Shown: positions 1 to 11,455 of the stretch, piece by piece
Position numbering within the stretch: position 1 is the stretch's first letter
How the letters are laid out: every line of letters begins with the position of its first letter
DNA from: Octopus vulgaris
Lineage: Eukaryota
NCBI GenBank assembly: GCA_951406725.2
Contig: OX597826.1
Span: 1,054,001-1,118,000, forward strand
DNA: 64,000 nt
Reading direction: 5' to 3'
Program-made: the position numbers and the translations under genes
The notes under the pieces: model-generated
What the model was told of the DNA's origin: nothing
The model's database searches: none
What the model saw: only the letters and a program-made list of their open reading frames with translations

Positions 1-1010
1 CGGCTTCCGGCTTTCATATTCGCAGCAAGTTGCAAAAACATTTTATCCCATTATCTTTCGTACCTCATTCGTTACTATTGTTAAACGTCTGTACTCATAC
101 AATAACTGCTTCGTTTTTCCTATCTTTTCTCTACGAAATTTAACCCTTTAATCCTTCAATCCTTAATTTCCATCTTTTCCGCCATTCGTCTTCTTCTTTT
201 CTTCTTCTTCTTCTTCTTAGTCGCCATTACGATTTACGGTTCCCAATTTTTAGACTTCCTTTCTTCTCCAACAGCAGCTTCCGGCTTTCATATTCGCAGC
301 AAGTTGCAAAAACATTTTATCCCATTATCTTTCGTACCTCATTCGTTACTATTGTTAAACGTCTGTACTCATACAATAACTGCTTCGTTTTTCCTATCTT
401 TTGTCTACGAAATTTAACCCTTTAATCCTTCAATCCTTAATTTCCATCTTTTCCGCCATTCGTCTTCTTCTTTTCTTCTTCTTCTTCTTCTTAGTCGCCA
501 TTACGATTTACGGTTCCCAATTTTTAGACTTCCTTTCTTCTCCAACAGCGGCTTCCGGCTTTCATATTCGCAGCAAGTTGCAAAAACATTTTATCCCATT
601 ATCTTTCGTACCTCATTCGTTACTATTGTTAAACGTCTGTACTCATACAATAACTGCTTCGTTTTTCCTATCTTTTCTCTACGAAATTTAACCCTTTAAT
701 CCTTCAATCCTTAATTTCCATCTTTTCCGCCATTCGTCTTCTTCTTTTCTTCTTCTTCTTCTTCTTAGTCGCCATTACGATTTACGGTTCCCAATTTTTA
801 GACTTCCTTTCTTCTCCAACAGCGGCTTCCGGCTTTCATATTCGCAGCAAGTTGCAAAAACATTTTATCCCATTATCTTTCGTACCTCATTCGTTACTAT
901 TGTTAAACGTCTGTACTCATACAATAACTGCTTCGTTTTTCCTATCTTTTCTCTACGAAATTTAACCCTTTAATCCTTCAATCCTTAATTTCCATCTTTT
1001 CCGCCATTCG
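1..1010. repeat. 274-bp tandem array, at least 3.7 near-identical copies, truncated by the window edge
   Basis: The motif cgcagcaag recurs at 21, 295, 569 and 843; only about 2 substitutions noticed between copies. Confidence 0.95.
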
Positions 1011-1034
1011 GCGGTGCCCCCGCCCTCCCACCCC

Positions 1035-1112
1035 CACCACCAATACCGGTGAACACTTCTCACCACCAATACCGGTGAACACTTCTCACCACCAATACCG
1101 GTGAACACTTCT
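1035..1112. repeat. 26-bp tandem repeat x3 (caccaccaataccggtgaacacttct)
   Basis: Exact copies start at 1035, 1061 and 1087. Confidence 0.95.
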
Positions 1113-1523
1113 CACCATCTACACCGGATATGCCCTCCTCCCTCCTCCTCCCCCACCACCATTGCGTGTGTCTCTCCCTCCTACCCCTCCTTCACATATG
1201 CTTTCACTGTGTACTACCCCTTCCCCCCACCAAGTCAAGCTGCTAGTACCGCAGCTCATTAACTGCCCCACTGATCTTATGTTACCTCCTGTTTAGAATC
1301 TGGCACTGCCTCAATCCGACCATCTCCTTCCAGTCCCCCTCCCTGTCTCGTGATATCCTACGTTTTTATTTCTTCTGCACCAACCCTTTCCTTGTCATCG
1401 TTCCTCCTTACCCAACCTTCCCCACTGGTGCTTCCCTTTATTACCTGCACCCCCCCACTATCTCTCCCTCTCTTTCCACTGGTGGAACCTTTCTCAGCTA
1501 GACCCCCCCCAACTCAACTCTAG

Positions 1524-1767
1524 AAAAAGCTCGAACCGATCGTGACCGATGCCGGACCCCCCGGCCCCTGTGCAGGTGGCACGTAAAAAGCACCCAATCC
1601 ACTCGCGGAGTGGTTGGCGTTAGGAAGGGCATCCAGCCGTAGAAACTCTGCCAGATCAGACTGGAGCCTGGAGAGGCCTCTGGCTTCCCAGACCCCGGTC
1701 AAACCGTCCAACCCGTGCTAGCGCGGAAAACGGACGTTAAACGATGATGATGATGATGATGATGATG
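1524..1767 (+). mobile_element. RTE LINE 3' UTR/tail ending in (GAT)n
   Basis: Closely matches the reverse complement of 41253-41490, the 3' UTR of the RTE LINE in this window. Confidence 0.9.
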
Positions 1768-3719
1768 TATAAGGCCACAAATTTGTAAAGAAAGAAGCAT
1801 AGCCTTCTATTAGAATTCCATTCATATCTAGGACACATATAGGAATATAAATTGACACCAGTCTGACTTCAACTAAACTCTAACAGGAAATCTTACTGGT
1901 ACCCCTTGTCTCCCCCACTCCCGACAGATGAAACGAAATAAAGTTTGCATGCTATCCTAAATCCCGCCAACACAGAGATCTTTTTTTCTTTTCCTCACCC
2001 CCAAGGAATGACAAACCATTAACCTCCATTAAACTCATCTCAGATACATAGACATATAAAATTGTGTCAAATTGATGGGTTTTCTCCGAAGAAATAACCG
2101 GTTTGCCAAGGTTTTCATAATTCCTTAAAGCGCAAATAAATGAATACACCGAACCAGTGGCATTTTGAAGGCATCGGCAAATTAGCAATTAACAATGCAG
2201 TTACTGGGGTTCGTCAGGGGTCGAGAAGCTCAAAGCTAATTTATGTATGTTGTGGATCATTGTCAATAAATAAAGGTAGAGGCCCCGGTGCACTGCTTTC
2301 CCGGGGCCTGTCTGTTGAAGTTGGCCCTTCACCGAACTCAAGGTTAACCGAAACTATAAATAAATAAACCTAAGATTTTTCATTTGGGCCTAGCTGTCTC
2401 CAAACTTATAAATTTGGAGAATAGAAAGACAGACACTGATGCCTTAACCCAGAATGCTTTTCTCAGAGGTAGGATATAACTAATGTGAAATTATTTAAAT
2501 TGAAACTGCGTAAAATAAGATTTACTAACGTTAAACGAAAGTAAAAGACTGGCAGAATGAAATGGATGGGACTTTCCCATCATCCACAGACAATTTCTTT
2601 TTATATTCTTCTTTTTTGCAAAAGCATTAGTAAATAAAACTGAAACAATCACTCAGTTCCTTTTCTTTTCCCATTGTGTATTCCGAAAGTCCGCCGCCAA
2701 CTATTTCACCTGTCAGACGAGTGTAAAAGCAATAAGGCATCAGAATGAATATTAAAATATCAACTCTGGTGTTATATCCCACCTTATGACACAGGGTAAA
2801 GAAAAATAATTCTTTAATCGAGAGTTGACTTTTTATTAACGCAAATGTGCAACCTTCGCAACCGAATACTGAGCCAAGGCAGCATATAACTTAAATAATC
2901 GGTCTAAGGCCGGCCCCACCTCAAGGACCTGGTAACGAAATACGTTAGCTAAAACACCTTTCCTTCTATAGTTATAAACCAAGGGTTCACAGTCTAAGCA
3001 CGACCCTTCTTCAAAGACCGGGTAACCCGGGAGTTAAACCTAAATAACCGGTAGAAGGACCTTGCTAAAAGCTACCATATTCTTTATAAGACATTTTAGA
3101 TGCGAATGGAGTTATAATTAAAGAGATGACGCCGTATCGACATAATAAATAAATATTTGACATATAAGAAATGTTTTTTTCATCGCAATTCTGGATTGTT
3201 TTGGGTTTGTTTTTTCTTCTTTGTTTTGTGGTTTGAGATAACTTAATGATAAAGCACCGACCACAGTAAATGTCAGGCACTGCAATATTTAATACCATGT
3301 AATAATATGTTTCAAGTTTAAAAAAGGACCCCCAAGGAAAGGGGGTGACGTTACATTATATCCCAATCGTTCTACAGAACCCCTTTCTTACATTATTTTC
3401 AGTGACACCGAAGAAGGCTGAAGGTCAACTTCGACCCCGCTTGGAATGTGATCAGAGAACAGTAAAAAGAAGCACCAACGCGTGTGTGTGTATAAATGAT
3501 GTAAGAGGGAGAGAGTGGGGAAGGTTTGGCAGTGTTGGCCATCACTGGGTAAACAAAAGAAAATGCTATGACCAATATTGTCTGGAGAACTTGTGGTAAA
3601 AGAGGATGAAGGCGACTTTGCGTGATTAAAATTAGGGCCAACAGTTATGGGGAATGTGAAGATCCTGCTTTTATATCTCTCTATATATATATCTCTCTCT
3701 ATATATATCTATCTATCTA

Positions 3720-3759
<40 letters not shown>

Positions 3760-4012
3760 GTGCGAGTGTCTGCTTCGTGTTCCTGGTAAACATACGCAAT
3801 CGACAGACAAGGTTCTTTAAAAGAAAAATTACACATTTCTTAATTAATATAACAGTAATTGAAATGCATTTACCTGTTTCGGGCGATAAATTATAAATTC
3901 AGTGAAAGAGATGAAATAATTTTAAGCCCCAAAAGTCAGCAGAATTGGTTTTTCTAAAAAGGTTTTCCACGAATTCAAATGAAAGAGTTTTTGTTGTTTT
4001 TTAGTTTCGTCT

Positions 4013-4083
4013 CCGGAAGTGAAAGAGTGAAAGCGGTTCACCTTTAACAGGAAATCACCGGCTTTCACTGACGTCACTTCCTG
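4013..4083. promoter_or_regulatory. Cluster of ETS (CCGGAAGTG 4013-4021; CACTTCCTG 4075-4083) and full CRE (TGACGTCA 4069-4076) motifs
   Basis: Motifs seen directly in repeat-poor, CpG-retaining DNA. Function is inferred. Confidence 0.45.
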
Positions 4084-4577
4084 TGAAACACCAGCCTGGT
4101 TCCCTGCCTCATGTTTATAGCGTTTATTATTGAAGTCGAAATGAGATTTATCAGTCCGAATATAAAGAAGCAAATTACTATTTTACTTACCACTGCTGAG
4201 CGCTTCTCCTCTGCAATTTATTATTGAAAGTCCATGTCCTCTCCTTTTCATAATAATCGGATATGTACATAAACAACTAGATCCAGTGAAAAAAGGAGAC
4301 AGGCCGGAAAGAGAAGGGACCACATAAAAGCAACATGCCAGGATCCTTCTATGCCTACACAAGTCCGAAAATTCAGTGTTTTATAAAATACTATCAAATG
4401 ATAATTAAGGATTTTAAATGACAAACGATCAGAAATAACAACTATTCCAGGAGAATACCCGCCTACTGTCATTTGCTTCCACAGAAATACCCGAAGTGAA
4501 GTGTTTTGAGTTTGTCGAGTTATAGCGAAAGAATGCCGTAGGTCATTTTTCGTTTTGACTTGCAGAACTGTCATTTG

Positions 4578-5169
4578 GGATCTTTTCCTTTTGAACGGCA
4601 GACAATTTCTAGTTAACTAAACACTTTAAAACTTCGTATACTGGTAGAATGTGTCAAAATAAAACAGTTTTTTCTCTTGGCTTTCTTGAGAAAATTGTAA
4701 TTTGTTTGTTTAACGTAGTTTAATTTTTCTTTTGAGCTAAAATCATTTGCTGCGTCTAAAACTGAGACATCCTGTAACTAACCCTAAACCTCCCCCCTAA
4801 CCTTAACCCTACATTTTTTTTTTCTTAATTGTTAATTTGTTACGTGTGTAAAAAAAAACTAAAGCAATGGAATTAAATTAATTTAACAATTAAGAAAAAA
4901 AAAATTAGGGTTAGTGGGGAGGTTTAGGGCTAGTTACAGGATGTTTCAGTTTTAGACGCAGCAAATAATTTTAGTTGAATGGAGGTAATCGATTGGTTAA
5001 AATTGCCGAAATGCTCGGATTTTCAGACGAAATATCTTACAAACTATAGAATTTTCTCAATAAAACCAAGGGAAAATGATGTTTTATAAACACATTCTAC
5101 CAGTATACGAATTTTAAAAGTGTTTAGTTAACTAGATGTTGACATCTGCCGTTCAAAAGGAAAAGATCC
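4578..5169. mobile_element. Foldback MITE (592 bp) with 8-bp TSD and internal telomere-like motifs
   Basis: Termini GGATCTTTTCCTTTTGAACGGCAGA..TCTGCCGTTCAAAAGGAAAAGATCC; TSD gtcatttg at 4570-4577 and 5170-5177; inverted similarity over most of its length. Confidence 0.9.
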
Positions 5170-5193
5170 GTCATTTGGATCAGCTGATTTTGC

Positions 5194-5606
5194 TCGTTAA
5201 TTTCCGTAAAAAATTTTTATTCATATTCTTTTGTTTTCATGACGTGTGGAAGGCGACATTTGCTTTGAAGTGAGAGCAGAAAGTGAAAGATGTTTTGTAC
5301 GCGTATATGAAATGGACATGTATGAGAGGGAGAGAGAGTACACTCATTATCTTTCATATACACTTACATACATAAATATATATATGCATACGTGTTTTCT
5401 GTATGTGTGTGTGTGTGAGAGAAAGGGTGCCAGTTAGACATACATGAGAACACACGCCTTCACTCTCTCTCTCTCTCTCTCGAGCGCGTCCATTTTATAT
5501 ACACGTATAGACAGCTTTCACTTTTCCCTCTCAGTTCAAAGCAAATGTCGCCTTCCACACGTCAAGAAAACAAAAGCAAATAAATAAATTTTAAGGAAAT
5601 TAACGA
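5194..5606. mobile_element. MITE-like element with about 100-bp inverted arms
   Basis: gacgtgtggaaggcgacatttgctttgaa (about 5241) is the reverse complement of ttcaaagcaaatgtcgccttccacacgtc (about 5535); microsatellite-rich centre. Confidence 0.75.
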
Positions 5607-5769
5607 ACATTAATGACAAATTTGCTAATCAAATGAAAAACAAAACACCATAAATCGGCTATTAATTCAATTTAATTAATCCTTGTAAAATTAATTGGGT
5701 GAATGCAGCCCTTTCTTCTGTTTTATATCAGAGGTTTTGTATTATATCTTTGTGCCTTCGGTTTTGTAT

Positions 5770-6150
5770 CGAGGTCAGCAAGTGCACATAAAAGCACTTG
5801 AGGAAGGACACACTCAGAACCTCACTTGAGAGCTTTAAAGTGTCACCCCTGACACCTGGGAAACATAAGTGCAAGACCAAGATGCCAGACGAAACTGCAC
5901 CAACAAAATTTCCACCTCCTCTGAACAGGACTGCAGGGATGCAGAGAGAATGTGAACTGCGCAAATCTAGAACCAGCTGGTCACGTTCAATCCCAACAAA
6001 CCAGCTGTAGCCAGCCTTCAGCAGATCCTTCCAAGTGCACATCAGACGGATCAGCCACAACCAGGCACATCATAGCCTGTCTTCTTCTTCTTCTTCTTCT
6101 TCATGTGATGTCATCATCGAAATGACAGAGGAACTAAGAAGATGAGAGGT
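5770..6150 (+). mobile_element. Degenerate RTE/BovB-type LINE 3' fragment
   Basis: Frameshifted translation KDTLRTSLESF..DTWET..RECELRKSR..SRSFQVHIRRISH resembles the BovB-type ORF C-terminus (KDTLKASLK..WE..RKRELRK..RTF..RIGLISH). Confidence 0.5.
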
Positions 6151-6254
6151 TGTTGATGACCAAAATATTCGATAACTTTACCTGACAGTTTTTCAATCTA
6201 CAGACTGTGGAAAGAATTAGTTTGTAATGCTTGTGAGATCTTTCATGTTAATAA

Positions 6255-6625
6255 TGTGTGCGACATGGTGATCTCATATCAAGATAAACCACACATGACC
6301 TTGCAGGTGGGGCCCAGTTAGAATTTTCTTCAGGTCGAGTAACCCATCCTGCTCAAAAGGTCCCTGAATAAAGGTTGTTTAAGGATGTTGAACGAAACAC
6401 CCATGTTTCTAGAGGTGAATTATTCAAACCCCAAAGAATCCCTCTCAACACATAGCTATGACGCCCCCTCCCCACTACTTCTGCTCATGATCAGAGATGC
6501 ACTTATCGTCAGCCACTAAGGGACATGCTCAACTGGTTATGGTCAAACAACTGACAAGCAGATCTGTGGTATTGAGCAGAATATTTGCTGTAGGCCATCT
6601 TTTTAAACCAAGACAAAACAATGTA
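6255..6625 (+). mobile_element. Interspersed repeat (SINE-like), copy 1
   Basis: The same sequence occurs inverted at about 46557-47010 and partially at 59613-59775; ends in a short (ATT)n tract. Confidence 0.75.
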
Positions 6626-7676
6626 TTATTATTATCATTATTAGCATCGTCCTCATCATTTGGCATTTGTTTCCCGTATTGGTATAGGATGAGAGTTTGA
6701 GAGGATCTGATAAGCGGGGGGACGGCATCGAGCACGAATGTCAGCTTTGGCATAGTTTTTGCACAGTTGGACATTCATCCTGATAGCAACTAATTTACAG
6801 TATGTATTTGGTGCTTGAAAGTGGGGGGGGGAGGAAGGTGGCCTTATGCCAGGTGTTGGGAGGCCAAAGGTAGGACAAGCACAGGTGTCTTGCTATAGAG
6901 GAGTACCTGGAAATCCCACATTACATAACAATGAGTGTAAGTAGCTGGAAGGAAGATAAAGATAATGGTGACAAGGTGCCAAAGCATCTTCAGGTACAAG
7001 TGAGAATGCAGACAGTGGATAGTGGAGGGGAAGGGAATAGGAAAAGGTGGGTAATTTCATAAGAGTGTCAGAGGAAGGTAACAAGAGGTGTTTAATTTGT
7101 AGTTTCTGAGTAGAAGCCAAATATTCATCAGACAACTTCCATTCATAGACACACAGACACAGATAGAGGGGGGAGGGGAGAGAGAAAGAGAAAAGCCATA
7201 ACAGTTACACTGCTCCAAAAGAGACCAATAACAAAAGAAAAACATAATTCTAAGGGAACTGAAAACCAGGTCACAGTTTTGTTTAGAATTCCACAAGTTG
7301 ATTTATTTACAATTATCACCATCATCATCATCATCATAGACAACAATGATAATCACCACCACCACCATCATTATCATCATCATCGTTGTCCTCATCAACA
7401 ATAGCAACAATACTAAGGATAGGGCAATAATTGTACCATTGGCCAATTAGCAGTAAGTTAAAAATAGTCAAAATCATCAGCCATAAAACCTGCATCTATT
7501 ATCAATGGTTTACACACAATCTCATCTACAGTAGGTTAATTATATACCTGTACTTATCAAGTTTCAAATACTGGGAAGTAGAACAAAACATACCAAATTG
7601 TTAAAGTCTGATGGACCCAATTTCTGACAATCTTCTTAACAGCATTGGTTGTTTGAAAGCTTAGCAGAAATATTGA

Positions 7677-7734
<58 letters not shown>

Positions 7735-7740
<6 letters not shown>

Positions 7741-8060
7741 CTTCATTGGCTATGATGACGAGGGTGCCTGTGATGCGATCAATGTAACAGCCTACTTGTG
7801 AAATTAACATGCAAGTGGCTGAGCACTCCACAGACACATGTACACTTAATGAAGTTCTCAGGGTGATTCAGCAATGACACAGAATGTGACAAGGCTGGCC
7901 CTTTGAAATACAGGTACAACTCATTTTTGCCAGCTGAGTGGACTGGAGTAACGTGAAATAAAGTGTCTTACTCAAGGACACAACATGATGCTGGGAATTG
8001 AACTCATGGCCTTACCATTGTGAGCCAAATACCTTTACCATTCAGCCATGCACCTTCACA
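7735..8060 (-). mobile_element. tRNA-derived SINE (family also at 17335-17550, 28345-28535, 32180-32500, 33180-33395, 58230-58566)
   Basis: Head with A/B-box-like sequences, followed by the shared ttgagcaagacactttatttcac..gctccagtccactcagctg body. Confidence 0.7.
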
Positions 8061-8069
8061 CATATATAT

Positions 8070-8820
8070 ATCATCATCATCATCTTTTAATGTCTGCTTT
8101 CCATGCTGGTATGGATTGGACGGTTTGACTGAGGACTGGCAAGCCAGGAGGCTGCACCAGGCTCCGATCTGATCTGGCAACGTTTCTACGGCTGGATGCC
8201 CTTCCTAACAGCAACCACTCTGAGAGTGCTTTTTACGTTTCACTGGCACAGGAGCCAGTCATGGGGCACAGGCATCGACCACACTTGAATGGTGCATTTT
8301 ACGTGCCACTTGGTGGCACTGGCATCAGCCAAGCTTGAATGGTGCTTTTCACATGCCACCGGCATTGGTGCCAGTCAGGCAACACTGGCATCAGCCTTGA
8401 CTACGATTTCACTTGACTCAACTGGTCTTATCAAGCACAGCATATTGCCCAATGATTGAAGATGCAACACTGGCATTGGCCATGGCTACAATCTCACTTG
8501 GCTTGCCAGGTCTTCTCAAGCACAGCATATCTCCAAAGGTCTCGGTCATTTTCATCACCTCCGTGAAGCCCAACATTTGAAGGTCATGCTTCACCATCTC
8601 ATCCCATGTCTTCTTGTGTCTACCTCTTCCACAGGTTCCCTCCACTGTCAGGATGTGACACTTCACACACCTGTCCATATGCAACACATGACCATACCAG
8701 TGCAGCTGTCTCTCTTGCACATCATATTTGATGCTTCTTATGTCCAACTTTTCTCTCAGGGTGCTTACACTCTGTCGTGTATGCAAACTGACATTACACA
8801 TGCAGTGGAGCCTACTAGAT
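8070..8820 (-). mobile_element. 5'-truncated RTE LINE (ORF C-terminus + 3' UTR)
   Basis: LREKLDIRSI..VQERQLHWYGHVLHMD..GRGRHKKTWDEMVKHDL matches the C-terminus of ORF 41497..42834; (GAT)n tail; both ends abut TA-rich repeats. Confidence 0.9.
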
Positions 8821-8833
8821 TCATATATGTATT

Positions 8834-8868
<35 letters not shown>

Positions 8869-8965
8869 TTTTTCTTTATTTGTGAATTAAGGCTAAAGAA
8901 ATTATTTATCCACCAATCTGGTATTGAGCACTCACTTCATCATTCTACATTTATGTGTGTATATG

Positions 8966-9007
<42 letters not shown>

Positions 9008-9021
9008 CATATGTATATATA

Positions 9022-9825
9022 CAGGGGTTGGACAAAATAATGGAAACACCTAGCATCATAGAATCATAATTTTGAAATATCTATAAAACTGTTAAAAGCT
9101 TGTTTATTTTTATGTTTTTTATTTATTATTTGTGTTGTTTAATATGTTTTGCTAAAATTGCTGTTTCTTTTCAGATATCTTCAGAAAAAGGCAATTAACA
9201 TACATTAAAAGGACAGATCTATCGGACTTTCAAAGAGGTCAAATTGTTGGTGCTCGTATGGCAGGTGCTAGCATAACAAAAACAGCCGAAATGTTTGGTG
9301 TATCAAGAAGTACTGTCTTGAAAGTAATGACAGCCTTTGAGAAAGAGGAAAAAACCTTGTCGTCGAAACAAAACTCCGGAAAAAAACCAAAGCTTTTAGA
9401 TAGGGACTGTTGGACTCTTCTGGGAATTGTTAGAAAGGATCACAAAAGCACAGGTCCCAAAATTACTGCAGAGCTTAATGACCACCTCGAGAACCCAGTT
9501 CCCACAAAAACTGTTCACCAGGAGCTGCGCAAAGCAGGATTTCACAGGAGGGCTGCAATCAGAAAACCACTACTTTCAAACACAAATATTGCAAAGTGTT
9601 TAGAGTGGAGTAAAAACCTAAACAATTGTTATCTAGAGCAGTGGAAGAATGTTATTTTCTCGGACAAGTCATCCAAGTATATGTGTGGAGGCAGCCAAAA
9701 GAAGTATTTGACCCAGACTGCCTTCTTCCAACTGTAAAGCATGGAGGAGGATCTGGGGGGTGCTATATCTTGGAAATCCACCGGTCCAATGGTTTCCCTT
9801 CACGGCAGAATTAATAGTCAAGACT
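9022..9825 (+). mobile_element. Tc1-like transposon, 5' half (left TIR + frameshifted transposase)
   Basis: TA + caggggttggacaaaataatggaaacacc TIR; DLSDFQRGQIVGAR..HTH, RRAAIRKPLLS, WKNVIFSD, CLLPTVKHGGGS; truncated where an RTE tail fragment (9830-10050) begins. Confidence 0.9.
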
Positions 9826-10137
9826 GATTTGGTATGGTTTTCTATGGCTGGATGCCCTTCCTAATGCCAACCACTCTGAGAGTGTAATGGGTGCTTTTAT
9901 GTGCCTCCAGCATGGGTGCCATTTGTGTGACACTGGTATCTGCCATGACTGTGATTTTGCTCAGCTTGATGGGTCTTCTTCTTCTCAAGCATGACATGAT
10001 GCCAAGGGTCTCGGTCATTGCCTCCGTGAGGCCCAACACTCGAAAGGAGCTCAGTCACCTGATTAAGAAATGTGAGTAAGAAGTAGGATTATCTGATTAA
10101 GGATCTTATTGTGTGTGTGTGTAATATACATGTTACA

Positions 10138-10362
10138 GAAGGCGGCAAGCTGGCAGAAACGTTAGCATGCAGAGCAAAATACTTAGGGGTATTCCGTCTG
10201 TCTTTACGTTCTGAGTTCAAATTCCACTGAGGTCAATTTTGCCTTTCATTTTTTCGAGGTCGATAAATTAAGTTCCAGTTGCATACTGGGTTGATCTAAT
10301 CGACTGGTACCACCCCCACTCCCCCAAAATTTCAGGCCTTGTGCCGAGAGTAGAAAAGAATA
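10138..10362 (+). mobile_element. tRNA-derived CORE-type SINE (family also at 13955-14850 tandem cluster, 34010-34445, 46340-46540, 47550-47750, 60720-61075, 63570-63775)
   Basis: ggcggcaagctggcagaa (A box) .. gagttcaaattcc (B box), then gtcgactttgcctttcatcctttcggggtcgataaa core; many copies in the window. Confidence 0.8.
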
Positions 10363-11104
10363 TATGTTAAAGAAGAAAACCACCAAGAAGGTGCATGTCT
10401 TTCATCAAAGGTGTTTCAATCATGACTGTGACCATGCTGGGGCACTGCCTTGAAGGGTCTAGTCACACAAATCACCCCTTAGTACTTATTTTTTTTAAAG
10501 TCTGGTATTTATTCTATAAGTCTGTTTTTTGCTGGACTGCTAAGTCTCAGAAAAAACAAACCAAGTGAGAGGTAGAGGAGCAGAAATACACCCCCCACAC
10601 ACACACACACACAAATATACATACACACATGCATACATATACACATACACACAACTGCACACACATATACATATACACACACACACACAAAACTACATAC
10701 AACTCCACACACATGCATATACATACATACACACACACATATGTATGTATGATGGCCTTCCAAGCAGTTTGCATTTACCAAATTCACTCACAAAGCTTTG
10801 GTTGTCCTGGTATAGCAGAAGATGTCACACGGGGGAAAATCCCCAGAATTTTGTATTCAGAGCTCATATTGGAAATAAGAAAGTCTTAAAAAGAACAAAA
10901 AATGATAAAATGTAATGAAGAATATGATTTGTGACAAATGCCTCCACACATACAGATGCATTCCTTTGATGGTAATGGTTAACCAGTGCTGGTGAAGGTG
11001 GTGGGATTTGAACTCAGAATGTAAAGAACTGGAAGAAACGCCACAAAGTATTTTGTCCAAAACATCAACGATTCTGATTATAACACGATGTGATACAATC
11101 TACA

Positions 11105-11455
11105 CACATGCACCCACATGCATGCACCCACATGCATGCACCCACATGCATGCACCCACATGCACGCACACGTGCACCCACATGCACGCACCCACATGCA
11201 TGCACCCACATGCATGCACCCACATGCACGCACCCACATGCATGCACCCACATGCATGCACCCACATGCATGCACCCACATGCATGCACCCACATGCATG
11301 CACCCACATGCATGCACCCACATGCATGCACCCACATGCATGCACCCACATGCATGCACCCACATGCACCCACATGCATGCACCCACATGCATGCACCCA
11401 CATGCATGCACCCACATGCACGCACACGTGCACCCACATGCACGCACACGTGCAC
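11105..11455. repeat. 14-bp minisatellite (cacccacatgcatg)n, about 25 units
   Basis: Direct inspection; explains the six overlapping repetitive ORFs. Confidence 0.95.

Noticed and set aside
401-691. 96-aa hydrophobic ORF in the 274-bp array
   Set aside because: Starts at a TTG created by a single variant in one copy; unit length is not a multiple of 3; the poly-Phe comes from a TTC microsatellite.
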